A stretch of DNA of 64,000 bases from Octopus sinensis (taxonomy: Eukaryota): NCBI RefSeq assembly GCF_006345805.1, contig NC_043000.1, positions 110,794,001 to 110,858,000 on the forward strand, written 5' to 3'. The notes beneath the pieces are model-generated. The model was not told the DNA's origin, did no database searches, and worked only from the letters and a program-made list of their open reading frames with translations. Each line of letters begins with the position of its first letter. The stretch's first letter is position 1. The translations under genes were made by a program, and so were the position numbers. Shown one piece after another: positions 1 to 13,051 of the stretch.

Positions 1-337
1 TGTATGTGTGTGTGTGTGTGTGTGTGTGCACGCGCACGCATGTGTTCAATAATTCAAAAGAAACTTAGAAGAAATATACGATCGTCATCTCCACCGGTTT
101 GAAGTTGGCAGCAGTTGTCCAAGGAAAGGGCAACAGGCGCTGGTGGTAGCATATCCTTCTGTTGGGCAGAAAACACAGGGCAAACATTTGGAATGATATC
201 TTATGGCCTGGACACAAAGGAAGGTTGATTGTACTGAGAGATATGGAGATCATTTCATTAGCTTTTGCAGCCTCCTGGAATCTCGACTTTTTCTTGAGGT
301 TGTAGGAGGTAACACACATCTGTGACTATTAAGTACC

Positions 338-572
338 CATTTCTTTACTACCCACAAGGGGCTAAACACAGAGGGGACAAACAAGGACAAACAAACAGAT
401 CAAGTCGATTACATCGACCCCAGTGCATAACTGGTACTTATTTAATCAACCCTGAAAGGATGAAAGGCAAAGTTGACCTTGGCGGAATTTGAACTGAGAA
501 CGTAGTGGCAGACGAAATACCGCTAAGCATTTCGCCCACTGCGCTAACGTTTCTGCCAGCTCCTCACCGCCC
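338..572 (-). mobile_element. tRNA-derived SINE, family B (central GAGGTCGACTTTGCCTTTCATCCTTTCGGGGTCGAT block)
   Basis: The reverse complement matches the multi-copy element at 14253, 32953, 36867, 41324 and 62533. It has an A/B-box-like head (GAGCTGGCAGAAACGTTAGC...GAGTTCAAATTCC). Confidence 0.85.
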
Positions 573-1067
573 TATCAAGTACCATCAGTGCTGCACTAGT
601 TTAGCATCTGTCTCTAGTGAGTAGTAATGCTGTGTGGTAGATAAATGGTAGTTCTTCTGCTTAGGCTGAGATAATCCTGTGATAGCTGTGTTATTGGCTT
701 ATCTTACCACCAAGTACATTGTGTAAGGGTGAGAGAGTGAGTCTGCTGTGCAAGCATCTCTTTCTTAATTTCAAACTCACCCCTTATGCTAGTCTAGCAT
801 TGTGTCTAGTGGTACCCTTTTATAACTATTGCATGAAATCAAGGCAAGGAGATGGTGACTCACTCATTTGCACACACATATACATATATACATATTTAAG
901 GGGTTCTTTTAGTTTCCATGTACCAAATCTAGTTTTGACCAGGTCAGGGATATCATACAAAAAAACTTTCCCAAAGTGCCACATTGTGGGACTGAACCTT
1001 AAACCATATGGTTGAGAAGCAAACTTCTTACCTCCCAGCTATGCCTATGCCTGCACATACTTATATA

Positions 1068-1278
1068 CTCTTTACTCTTTTACTTGTTTCAGTCATTTGG
1101 CTGTGGCCATGCTGGAGCACCGCCTTTAGTCGAGCAAATCGACCCTAGGACTTATTCTTTGTAAGCCTAGTACTTATTCTATCAGTCTCTTTTGCTGAAC
1201 CGCTAAGTTACGGGGACGTAAACACACCAGCATCGGTTGTCAAGCGATGTTGGGGAGACAAACACAAACATACAAACA

Positions 1279-1334
<56 letters not shown>

Positions 1335-1337
1335 ACG

Positions 1338-1379
<42 letters not shown>

Positions 1380-1542
1380 CAACAGGCTTCTTTCAATTTC
1401 CATCTACCAAATCCACTCACAAGGCTTTTGTCAGCCCGAGGCTATAGTAGAAGACACTTGCCCAAGGTGCCACGCAGTGGGACTGAACCCAGAACCATGT
1501 AGTTCGTAAGCAAGCTACTTACCACACAGCCACTCCTACGCC
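1068..1542 (-). mobile_element. SINE family A (tRNA-like head, CORE-like CCTTGGGCAAGT block, internal (CA)n/(TA)n, GTAAAAGA-repeat tail), full length
   Basis: About 20 or more copies or fragments occur in the window. The head GGCGTAGGAGTGGCTGTGTGGTAAG...GGGTTCAGTCCC reads on the minus strand. Confidence 0.85.
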
Positions 1543-1794
1543 TATATGTATAATTGATAGATTTCTCCTCTTAGGATGAAATGGTGTTGCAGTAGCTTTG
1601 GTATTCTGCCCTTTTGCAACAATGAAACACTTCCAATTCCCTAGTTCCAGGTGCTCAGAAGGTGTTGTGTAGATGGGAGCAGGGGCGACACACTCTGATC
1701 CCTTGGATTGATGTGTCACCTGTTGATGAGTTGTTTCGTCAAATTTATTGTCTTCATTCCTCACAAAGGTGCAAATATGATATCATTATGTGTA

Positions 1795-2035
1795 AGTGTG
1801 CATATGTATGTTGTATGTATGTATGTATGTATGTATGTATGTATGTATGTTGTATGTATGTATGCGTATGTGTGTGTGTGTGTATGTATATGTGTGTGTG
1901 TGTATGTATATATATATATATATGTATATAGTTACACAGATGTACAGACATATATGTGTTACATTATACACTTGTGTGTATGTATCTATGTATGTATATA
2001 TACATATATATATGTTCATGTTTGGAGTAACTATA

Positions 2036-2073
<38 letters not shown>

Positions 2074-2075
2074 TA

Positions 2076-2112
<37 letters not shown>
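1795..2112. repeat. Compound microsatellite (TATG)n/(TG)n/(TA)n
   Basis: Read directly from the sequence. Confidence 0.95.
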
Positions 2113-2116
<4 letters not shown>

Positions 2117-2292
2117 ATCCAAAAAGAAAGCACAAAAAAACACAACAATGCGAGGAGGTGGAACAAATATAGTATTATTGGACGCTCAGGAAAGAAGGAA
2201 AGAAGGAGGGTTTAACGTTTCAAGCGGAGCTCTTCGTCGGAAACATAGGAGAAGGAAAGATCCAGAGAAGGGAAGACAGAGAAAAAAAAAAA
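2113..2292 (-). mobile_element. Short Penelope-like element fragment carrying a hammerhead-like motif (2210-2244)
   Basis: Near-identical to 41984-42186. The minus strand reads GTTT-CCGACGA-A-GAGC-TCC-GCTT-GAAAC-GTT-AAAC. Inserted next to (TA)n. Confidence 0.65.
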
Positions 2293-2301
2293 ATATATAT
2301 A

Positions 2302-2676
2302 TTCTTTTATTCTTTTATTTTTTTATTCATTTGACTGTGGCTATGCTGGAGCACTGCCTTAAAGGTTTTAGTCAAATAAATTGACCCCAAGACATATTCT
2401 TTGTAAGCCTAGTAATTATTCTATGAGTGTCTTTTGCTGAACTGCTAAGTTATGGGGATGTAAACAGACCAGCATCGGTTGTCAAGTGATGGTGGAGGGA
2501 CAAACACAGATGCAAACACACAAACACACATATACATATACACGACAAGCTTCTTTCAGTTTCTGTCCACCAAATCCACTCACAAGGCTTTGGTCGGCCC
2601 AAGGCTATAGTAGAAGACACTTTCCCAAGTGGGAAGGAACCTGGAACCATGTGGTTAAGAAGCAAGCTTCTTACCA
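2302..2676 (-). mobile_element. SINE family A
   Basis: Similar to 1068-1542. Confidence 0.8.
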
Positions 2677-2825
2677 CACACACACACACACACACACACA
2701 ATATTATATATATCATATATATACACATATCTATACACACACAAGCATACCCACACACATGTATATATATATGTATAATTATGTGTGCATAGATATGTAA
2801 ATACATATAATTATACCTGGTTATA

Positions 2826-2996
2826 TATTCTTTTCTTTTATTTGTTTCAGTCGAATCAACCCCAGGACTTATTCTTAGTAAGCCTAGTACTTATTTTATT
2901 AATCTCTTTGCCGAACTGCTAAGTTATAGGGATGTAAACACACCAGCATCGGTTGTCAAGCGATGTTGGGGGACAAACATAGACATACAAACATAC

Positions 2997-3030
<34 letters not shown>

Positions 3031-3208
3031 CACACACACACACATACGACGGGCTTCTTTCAGTTTCCGTCTACCAAATCCACTCACAAGGCTTTGGTTG
3101 GCCCGAGTCTATAGTAGAAGACACTTGCCCAAGGTGCCACGCAGTGGGACTGAACCCGGAACCATGTGGTTGGTAAGCAAGTTACTAACCACACAGCCAC
3201 ACTGCGCC
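2826..3208 (-). mobile_element. SINE family A
   Basis: Similar to 1068-1542. Confidence 0.8.
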
Positions 3209-3354
3209 TATGTATATAAAATCTATACATACACTTGCATACATATATGTGTGGTTGTGAGTCTGCAAAATAAACATGGAGCCTGAACAGCTCTTTCGTT
3301 GGTCAGCTCTTGCCAAACTGTCCAACCCATGCCAGCATGGAAAACAGGTGTTAA

Positions 3355-3385
<31 letters not shown>

Positions 3386-3422
3386 CGACGGCGACGACGA
3401 CGATGATATATATATATATATA

Positions 3423-3815
3423 CTCTTTTTACTTGTTTCAGTCATTTGACTGCGGCCATGCTGGAGCACCGCCTTTAGTCGAGCAAATCAACCCCGGGAC
3501 TTATTCTTTTGTAAGCCCAGTACTTATTCTATCGGTCTCTTTTGCCGAACCGCTAAGTGACGGGGACGTAAACACACACCAGCATCGGTTGTCAAGCAAT
3601 GCTAGGGGGACAAACACAAACACACACACACATACATATATATACATATATACGACAGGCTTCTTTCAGTTTCCGTCTACCAAATCCACTCACAAGGCAT
3701 TGGTCGGCCCGGGGCTATAGCAGAAGACACTTGCCCAAGATGCCACGCAGTGGGATTGAACCCAGAACCATGTGGTTGGTTAGCAAGCTACTTACCACAC
3801 AGCCACTCCTGCGCC
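3423..3815 (-). mobile_element. SINE family A, full length, CpG-rich (young or unmethylated) copy
   Basis: Similar to the other copies, with both head and tail present. Confidence 0.85.
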
Positions 3816-3976
<161 letters not shown>

Positions 3977-4379
3977 CTGGAGCCTGGTGCAATCTCCTGG
4001 CTTCCCAGACCCCGGTCGAACCGTCCAACCCATTCTAGCATGGAAACGGACGTTAAACGATGATGATGATGATGATATATGTATGTATATATATAGACAT
4101 ACATACATAGATATGTACATACATGAATGACAGTGAGGATTATGATGATATATACATACACACATAGTTATACATATATAGCCACACGTGTATATAGAAG
4201 CATACACACACCACATACATACACACATACATATATGCACTTGTACATACACACGCACATAAATGTTCCTTTCTCCATACACACCCTAACGTGAGAGAGA
4301 AAGATCGAGTGCGCACACTTCTTACACACTCACTTTGAAGAGAAGAGATATAAAAATCTCTTAGACAGACCAATCTTAT

Positions 4380-4584
4380 CCTCCACCCCCACTCCCCACT
4401 ACATGGAAGAACGGGAGCTTAAGGTGGAGGCAGATAACAGCTGGAGGAGGAAGGAGGAGGAGGAAAGAGGAAGGGGAGGAGGAGTTTTGTGGGGGGCGTG
4501 GGAGCTGGCAGAAAAGTCGACTGCTTCAGTAAAAACAGCAGCAGAACTCTTCAGTGTCGAAGTTAGTGTTGTTCGCCTGGCAAC
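4380..4584 (+). promoter_or_regulatory. Proximal promoter / 5' UTR of the COLGALT-like gene
   Basis: Locally GC- and CpG-rich unique sequence with a purine-rich GGA tract, an Sp/KLF-type GGGGCGTGGG at 4493-4502 and Inr-like TCAGT at 4526 and 4551. It lies directly upstream of an ATG in good context (AACATGG). Confidence 0.6.
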
Positions 4585-4820
4585 ATGGCTGCGTCTAAGT
4601 CGACGTGGAGCTACCTCCCGCAAACTTTACTAGGTTTTGCCGTATTTATTTCGAATTTTCTAGTTGCATATAGTGACAATAACTCTACGAACAATGCGGA
4701 GTCGAAGCTCCCTCCGACAGTCTTGATAGCATTAGCTGTGCGCAATGAAGGACACGCCTTACCCTGGGTTCTCGGTCAGTTAGAAATCCTCAACTACCCC
4801 AAAGATCGCATTTCTTTCTG
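4585..4820 (+). CDS. COLGALT1: First coding exon of a glycosyltransferase family 25 member / procollagen galactosyltransferase (COLGALT1/2-like); partial gene
   Basis: Encodes a signal-peptide-like N-terminus (MAASKSTWSYLPQTLLGFAVFISNFLVAYS), then PTVLIALAVRNEGHALPWVLGQLEILNYPKDRISFW. This matches the recalled COLGALT N-terminal motif PTVLIAILARNxxHxLPxxLGxLExLxYPKxRIxxW. The exon ends in the Trp codon (TG|GTAAGT, phase 2) at a consensus donor. Confidence 0.88.
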
Positions 4821-6680
4821 GTAAGTCTCCGTATATTTCTCTATACAAATATAATCATCGTTAGTGAGAGCCGTGTAAGGTCCTGTCATGTCAGAACCCT
4901 TGCCGTTCCCTAATAATATCGAATATCCTCTGTGCTGCTCTTCGTAAAAATCATAACAAGAGTTCCATGGTTTTTGGATCTTCACTTTCAGGAATGTGTT
5001 ATTGCGAGGTTTTTCTTGTCTGTCCATCCTTCGCGGAAAAATATGATGTTTCTTATTATAACTATAGATGAGACCTGATCGATCACAGCACTTTACCTGA
5101 TCGGTAAAGCAGAATCGGTTTATTGGTTCTCAGATTTTTGATGTGCGCTTTGTTTTGATTTTTTCACGTGAAACTATACTTTTCATTTATTTATTTATTT
5201 ATTTTTTCAATCACAGAACCGTAAAGTCGATGTCTTCCCTTTTTTTTTGTGTGTGGCATATCTGTGTAATATTAATTTTCTATAACTGTCAAATGTTTAT
5301 TTTTCATTTTGGTAACCTAATCTTCCCTTGTACGTTCCCGTTATAAATTATGACAGCACCAAAAACACAATCTTACTGAGACTATAGTTTAAACTACACT
5401 ACATTCCCAGCTATTAAATTACATCAAGGGTGGTGGTTGCTTAACGCCACCCCATGTCAAATCACCTCTGATTCAACAGGCTTATCATGAAAGGTACTCC
5501 GTCTACGACCGTCCCATTTTTTTCTAGACCTAATATACCTCGGACTACATCATTCAATGTGTCTATCACTTCACCAAGGTAGTAAGTTGTGGTCTGAGAG
5601 CGATTTGGTTGCTATTTCTAGCGTATGAAGCGACCAGGCAGAGGGTCCCTCGTTAGCTCGTTGCCGGGAAATCAACCCAAAAATATTTTAGATTCTTCTT
5701 GTCTAATTACCATTTTCTTTCTTTTCCTGAGCCAGTCTCTCTCTGTCTGTCTGTCTCTCTGTCTGTCTGCCTCACTCTCTCACTGTATGTGTGTATTGGA
5801 CACATCAAAATTATAGGGTCCCAAACACGTTCAGGATATTGTTATATCATCTGTTTAATATAATCAACCAGTTATTGTTATCTAAAGCGAATAAAATATA
5901 CAGCTTTTCCTGTATGTACGTGCGTGGGTTCGAACATACACACATACACACAATCAGTAGTCCCTAAGTCAGAAAAAAACAAAACAAACTCAACATAAGT
6001 AATAGAATGGTTATACTTTTATACACTAGTGAACCGTATGATATTACTGGTTGTGGCATATCCCCTCTGCATAAAAAACGTTATGAGCTTGTGTCCAAAG
6101 AGCTGTCAGTATCACCAAGGGCAATAGTTGGCACAGAACCATTGCTAACACACTGACCAGTTCTATGCCATAACTAGTAAAAATATTACTTGACAATATA
6201 TAAAAATAAGTATACAAGTATGTGGTTAGGAAGCTTGCTTTGCAACTATGTGGTTCTGGGTTCAATCCCACTGTGCAGTATCTTGGGCAAATGTCTTCTC
6301 ACTACAGCCCCAAATCGCACAATGTTTTGTGAGTGTATTTGGTTGAGAGAAACTGTGTGGAAGCCTGTTGTGCATATGTGTGTGTACGTCTTTGTCCCCA
6401 CAACCACCATCGTTTGACAACTGTTTGTTGACATCTTGGTTACTCAAGGGTTTTGTGAAAGAGGCTTATTTTGGAAAGTAGCGGGTTTTTTGAAAAAAAT
6501 AAGTACAGGGATTGATTTCTGTGATTAAAACCCTTGAAGCTGGTGTCCTTGCATGCACACAGTCCAATGACTGAAACAAATATAAGATAAAAAATCCACA
6601 CACACACATATATATATATAAAGATAGGCACACACACACACATATATACAAAGATAGATACACACACATACATATATGTG

Positions 6681-6714
<34 letters not shown>

Positions 6715-7478
6715 CACACACATATATAGACAGATAGTTAGATACGCACACACACATATATATATGTATAGACAGATAGATAGCTACACACATTTGGGAA
6801 TTAGTGTATGGCTATGTCCATCTTCATGTGAGGGGTGGTGCCTTCCTCCACCTCCAAACAGATACCACAATGCACCACACCTGTGTTCTCGTGCTGCACC
6901 TGCATTCACATTCCATTGGATTCTTTTCTACTCTGGGCACAAGGACCGAAATTTTTTTGGGAAGGGGGGGGGGGGCAGTCGATTAGATCAGCCCCAGTAT
7001 GTAAATGGTACTTAATTTATTGACCCCAAAAGGATGAAAGGCAAAGTCGACCTCGGCGGAATTTGAACTCAGAACGTAAAGACGGACGAAACACTTGGCA
7101 GTATTTTGTCGGGCGTGCTAACAGTTCTGCCAGCTCGCCTCCTTGTCATTCCATTGGATTGTTCTTCCCCTTCTGGTTCTTCATGCCATTGCTCTGACAT
7201 TGTCTTTGTTGTCCAAGAGTCTGTTTTTTGTTCACTCAGGTATCAGGGGTGCGGACAGAGAGGCACTGGGCCCTAATAACATTGCCAAAACATTGCAAAA
7301 TATTAGTGACCGTGTGCAGACATGGCTATGCAGTTAGAAGTTTGCTTCCTAACCACATCATGACTGGGTTCAATCCCATAACATGGTACCTTGGTCAAGC
7401 ATCTTCTGCTGTAGCCCTTGGCCAACCAAAGCCTTGTGAGTTGATTGATTGTCAGAAGTTGATAGAAGCTTGTGTATA

Positions 7479-7536
<58 letters not shown>

Positions 7537-8228
7537 CATACATACATATATATATATATGTATATATATACATATGTGTGTATTACTATCTCCTTGCTTC
7601 GACATCACACAGTAGTTGTAAATGAATGTGGCCATCATGTAAGCTGTGTACTTCATTTCGAATTTTCCATGAAAGCATGCCTGTTATGGAGAGGAAACAG
7701 GTGACAGAAAAAGCATTCAACCATTAGAAAAGTCTGCCTCATCAAAAATTGTCTCACTCATGTGAGCATGGGGAGGGGACGTAAAAATGATAGCATTATA
7801 CCTGTATGTGTGCATGTCTCCCTTTGTTCTGTCATGACCCCCCACTGATTATAAATAGGAATCACTATCATTCAAATGGTGTTGTTTGTTTGTAATCCTC
7901 TGCAAAAGCATGTTTAGTGATTGAGCTATTCATGTTTGAAGTTGTTAGGGTAAATATTACATTACTTGGAAATAGATAAGGTTTGTCAGTGAGAATAGCA
8001 TCTGATTGACATTAACTCTGACCCATACAAACCTGAAAAAGTGGCTGATTAAATAATCATAATGATAATAGAGACAACAATGGAGTTGTTTTATATACAT
8101 ATATATACATTCACACACACACATGCGCATATATGCACACATATATGTATATACATGTATGTGTGTATGTGTATATCTATGTGATAGATGTAGATTTCTG
8201 TATATGTATAGATATATTTCTTTAAATA

Positions 8229-8800
8229 CAGGGTGTGGTGAATAAACTGTCGTCTAAATTATGCAAAAATGAAAATAACACTGCCATCTCGTTTTAACAG
8301 ATATATTTACCAAAATTACATAAAAATATCTTGAAATACTAAAGAGTAAATATATTCAATGAAATCACCATAGGCTTCAACCACGGCCTCCAGACAACTT
8401 CGAAATCTCCTTCAACTCTTCTGGATGGTCTCCTTGATTAAGTTGATGAACGCTGCCATAATCCTTGCCTTCAGTTCATCTTTTGGTGTTCAAGGAGTTT
8501 TATTGGTCTCTCGCTCAACTGCGCCCCACACATAATAATCAAGGGGGTTGCAGTTTGGGGAGTTGTCTGGCCAGATGTTGGGGGTGATGTGGTTGCAGAT
8601 ATTCTCTATTAGCCATGACTGGGTTTTCCTGCTTGTGTGGCATGGTGCAGAGACCTGTTGCCAAACATTAGGTCTTGACCCAGGGCAGTACTACCTCCCC
8701 CAGGCACTTGATGTAGGCCTTCGTGTTGAGTGTGAGGTGGTGTGGCAAGATGAATGGAGGTATAATGTCACCATCACTAGGGATCACTCCAAACGCCATC
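8229..8800 (-). mobile_element. Tc1/mariner-superfamily DNA transposon remnant (transposase C-terminal half plus terminal repeat)
   Basis: The minus strand translates MAFGVIPSDGDIIPPFILPHHLTLNTKAYIKCLGEVVLPWV.../WQQVSAPCHTSRKTQSWL...IWPDNSPNCNPLDYYVWGAVE...RFRSCLEAVVEAYGDFIE, with stops and a frameshift. The terminus is TA|CAGGGTGT at 8227-8236. Confidence 0.85.
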
Positions 8801-10922
8801 CCTCTGTCTTCATATTCTTGATGAGTATTTTGACTCAGTCATCATCATCACCACTATCATCATTTTAACGTCCACTTTTCCATGCTTGTATGGGTCGGAC
8901 AGAATTTGTCGAGGCATATTTTCTACATCAGGATCCCCCCTTTTTGTTGCCAATCCCCACCGGTTTCCGAACAAGATACTATTTCCTGATGGCCAGACAT
9001 GTTTTTGCAGATTGTTGGAAATGAATGACATTCATTTGCAAGTCAGGTGATGTTAAGATGAACACACACACACACACACATGGTGGGCTTCTTTCAGTTT
9101 CTGTCTGCCAAATTCACTCACAACCCTTTGGTCAACCGAACACTATAGCAGAATATACTTATGCAAGGTTCCACACAATGGGATTGAACCCAAAACTCTG
9201 TGCTTGGTAAACAAACTTCTTAACTGCACCACCACACCTGGTCACAGCTGTTGTATCTACCTGGGGCAAGTCTGCCTCTCTCTCTGCCCACTGTCCCAAG
9301 CATTTTTCTCATTTTCATGCCTTGTTCTTCCCCCCCTCCATCATTTCATACAAACTTTACCCCCAACGATGTTCCTGTTTATACTGACACTCTCTTTTAT
9401 AACCCCGATCACCGGATGCTGCCCTTCTATCTCAGAAGAATGGAAAATTTGCTGACTTTCATAAGTGTACCTAATATTTAGCCCTTCTTCCAGTAACTGA
9501 TATTGCTCCATGCTCCCCAGATTCATCCATTCTTTCTGGATTGTCCCTTAGTTTTTATATATATCATCATCATCATCATCGTTTAACGTCTGTCTTCCAT
9601 ACATGCATGGGTAGGATGGTTGACTGGAGCTGGCCAGGTAGAATACTACCCTAGGCTACTGTGTGTTTTGGCAGTAGCCAAACACCAACCACTCTGCAGA
9701 GTGAACTTGGTGCTTTTCATGTGGCATTAGCACAGGTGAGGTAAGTTTTGGCATGATTTTTACAGCTGGATACCCTTCCAAATGTGTGTGTATGTCCTTG
9801 TCTTGAAATCCATGATGGTTGCAAATGAGCATCACCATCATACAAGCAATGCTGTTTATTTCTAGTCTTCTGTGAAAAACAGGCGAGGGTTAGCCACAGG
9901 AAGGGCATCTGGCTGTAGAAAATCTGCTTCAACCAATTATGTCTGATCCATGCAAGCAGGGAAAAGTAGACTTTCAATGATGATGATGATGATGATATCG
10001 AGTCATTTACATCACAGGACTGTAAATATGAACCCTCTTTATTTCATGTACCATAACATGCATGTAGCCTCCATGTATGTGAGAATATCCATTGTGTTGT
10101 TGTTGTTGAACATGACTATTAAGGTCACAGCTCTGATAACGAGGTCGCTATTGTCATTTACCAAGACAGGCACAAAGAGGTTGTCATGGAAACCGTTCTT
10201 TTGCTTATCAGTTCTCATTTCGGTTGTTTACTGAAATCAATGTTGTTGTTTGTCCTGTTGCTTACAATTGGCTTTGGCTTAATTATCCTGTCTTATACTC
10301 TAACTACCTCACATTATCCCTATTTCTCTCTCTCTCTCTCCCTTTTTCACCATTTAGCCAGGAAAGGAAGAGTATGTGTGTCATCGTTTAACGTCTGCTT
10401 TCCATGCTGGCTTGGGTTGGACGGTTTGACTGAGGACTGGTGAACCAGAAGGCTGCACCAGGCCCCAGTCTGATCTGGCAAAGTTTCTACAACTGGATGC
10501 CCTTCCTAACACCAACCACTCCAAGAGTGTAGCAGGTGCTTTTTACATGCCACTGGCACGAGGGTCAGTCAGGGGGTTCTGGCAACAACCATACTCAAAA
10601 GGTGTTTTTTGTGCTACCTGCACGGGAGCCAGTCCGGCAGCACTGGCAATGACCATGTTTGAATGGTGTGTGTAAAAATATGTATGTCTGTATGTATACG
10701 CACATTTTTGGTGTACTTTGGAAGGGTCACTTTGCTAATAAAAACACACATGCTAGTAGTATTTCACTTTTTGCTATTATCAGTCAGTCTACATTTCAGT
10801 AGTTTACTCAATCATTTCATTCATCAATCAGCTGATTCATCTAAGTCCTTTTGTCTCAGCCTGCAGCCATATCTATGATGCACTCTCATCTGCTCTTCTT
10901 CTGTGTGTATGTGTGTGCATAT

Positions 10923-11270
10923 TCTTTTATTCTTTTACTTGTTTCAGTCATTTGACTGTGGCCATGCTGGAGCATCGCCTTCAGTCGAACAAATCTACCC
11001 CAGGATTTATTCTTTGTAAGCCTAGTACTTATTCTGTCAGTCTCTTTTGTTAATCCACTAAGTTATGAGGACGTAAACACACCAACATCGGTGTCAAGTG
11101 ACAAACACAGACACACAAATACATACACACACATCAGTTTCTGTCTACCAAATCCTCTCACAAGGCTTTGGTCGACCTGAGGCTAGAGAAGACACTTGCC
11201 CAAGGTGTCACACAGTGGGACTGAACCTAGAACTGTATGGTTGGGAAGCAAGCTTCTTACCCACAGCCAC
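10923..11270 (-). mobile_element. SINE family A
   Basis: Similar to the other copies. Confidence 0.8.
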
Positions 11271-11421
11271 TTTTTATGTACAAATACCTGTATGTATGTA
11301 TGGGTACTTTTCTATTCTCAGCAGACGATTTTTTTTGTAAAAATTAAATAAATTATTGATCTTTGATTCAGTTCGGTAACAGGAAAGACCTATGTCTAGC
11401 ATATACATTTATAAATATATT

Positions 11422-11532
11422 GGCGGAGGAGTGGCTGTGTGGCACCTTGGGCAAGTGTCTTCTACTATAGCCTTGGGCTGACCAATGCCTTGTGAGTAGA
11501 TTTGGTAGACGGAAACTGAAAGAAGCCCATCG

Positions 11533-11565
<33 letters not shown>

Positions 11566-11783
11566 ATATTTGTGTATGTTTCTGTGTCTGTCCCCCCACC
11601 ATTGCTTGACAACCGATGTTGGTGTGTTTAAGACCCTGTAACTTAGCGGTTCAGCAAAAATGACTGATAGAATGAGTACTAGGCTTACAAAGAATAAGTC
11701 CTGGGGTCAATTTGCTCGACAAAAGGCTGTGTTCCAGCATGGCCACAGTGAAATAACTGAAACAAGTAAAAGAATAAAAGAAT
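11422..11783 (+). mobile_element. SINE family A (internal deletion in head)
   Basis: Similar to the other copies and inverted relative to both neighbours. Confidence 0.8.
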
Positions 11784-11825
11784 ATACATCTATACATGCA
11801 TAAGTACTGTATATATACATATATT

Positions 11826-12361
11826 TTCTTTTTTCTTTTTCATTCATTAGACTGCGGCCATATTGGGGCACCACCACCCTCAGGAATTTTAGTCGAACAA
11901 ATTGAATCTTGTACTTATTTTCTTTTTAAACCTGGTATTTATTCTATTGGGCTCTTTTGCCTGACTGCTAAGTAGAGTCGGCTCAGGGTACCGGCAACTC
12001 GGGCAGTTGCCCAGGGAGCCATGTGCTTAGGAGTTACAAAGAGGGCATGACAAAGACAAGGAAATTTCCACTTCTGTCAACTTGTACTCACTGAAGTTCA
12101 GCTTGCCCGAGGCGCCAGCATCCCTCGGGCCGGCCCTGTTGCTAAGTTACCAGGAAATAAACACACCAACACCGGTGGGGGACGAACACAGACACAAATA
12201 CACAGATTGGCTTCTTTCAGTTTCTTTCTACCAAATCCAGTCACATAGCTCTGGTCAGCCTGAGGCTATAGTAGAAAAGACTTTCCCAAGGTGCTGTGCA
12301 GTGGGACTGAAATCAGAACAACAGAGCTACAAACTATTTGCCATAGAGCCACGCCTGCACC
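11826..12361 (-). mobile_element. SINE family A, degenerate, interrupted by a MITE
   Basis: The SINE sequence resumes after 12138. Confidence 0.7.
11973..12138. mobile_element. hAT-like MITE
   Basis: 8-bp target duplication CTGCTAAG (11965-11972) / TTGCTAAG (12139-12146), imperfect TIRs TAGAGTCGGCTC / GGGCCGGCCCTG, and a subterminal hairpin GGCAACT-cgggc-AGTTGCC. Confidence 0.7.
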
Positions 12362-12669
12362 TACACACACACACATGTTCTTTACATAATTGTAAAACAT
12401 GTGTAGAGTTTAGTGTGGTTGTTTTGGCAAAGCACATTACTTTTCACCTCCCGCCCAAAGGTTTTTGCAGTCGACTTGAGTAAAGCATATTTGTCAGTGA
12501 GACTGACTCACCAATGAGTGTGTAGTGGCTGATGTCAACCACAGGAAACCTCTATGGTATGATGTTGTTACCCAGTTACCAAACATAATTCTCCTAAATA
12601 TTAATTGCTTTTGGTAACTAGCACACCCTCATATATACATACACACACACACACACATATATATATATA

Positions 12670-12882
12670 CTAGGGGGTGCTGAAAAGTTCCTGGCTTTGG
12701 GTAATAGAAAATACAGGAGAATCAGTTAATTATGATTTTGTTCAACATATTTTATTTAATATATTCTCCTTGCAGATTCACACACTTATTGCAGCGGTCC
12801 TTCAGTTTTTCTAAGCCCTGTAAAAGAACTCAGAAGGTGGGGCCTCCAACAAGGCGTTTCACAACACCCTTAAAGTCAGGAC
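12670..12882 (-). mobile_element. mariner transposon 3' end remnant
   Basis: TA followed by TIR-like CTAGGGGGTGCTGAAAAGTTCC. The minus strand encodes ...LQGL(E)KLKDRCNKCVNLQGEYIK*, a typical mariner transposase C-terminus. Confidence 0.75.
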
Positions 12883-12884
12883 CT

Positions 12885-12925
<41 letters not shown>

Positions 12926-13051
12926 AGGAAGTTGTGAGAGGTAATGGTGTCAGTTAATGCTTAATAAGTGCTGTGGGTAGACCATAGTTAAGTTCCAGGT
13001 TTGGTGATTATGCGAATAAGGGGTCCAACTTAGGTCATATATCAGCATATG

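Noticed and set aside
65-319. 84-aa minus-strand ORF at the window start (similar unique-looking stretches at 43200-44000 and 49950-50300)
   Set aside because: No recognisable domain or splice structure. These are most likely very old LINE debris, but the family cannot be assigned by eye.
4403-4633. Out-of-frame ORF overlapping the COLGALT start (possible uORF)
   Set aside because: Its ATG lies upstream of the GC box and Inr-like motifs, so it is probably outside the transcript. The peptide reflects a GGA-rich tract.
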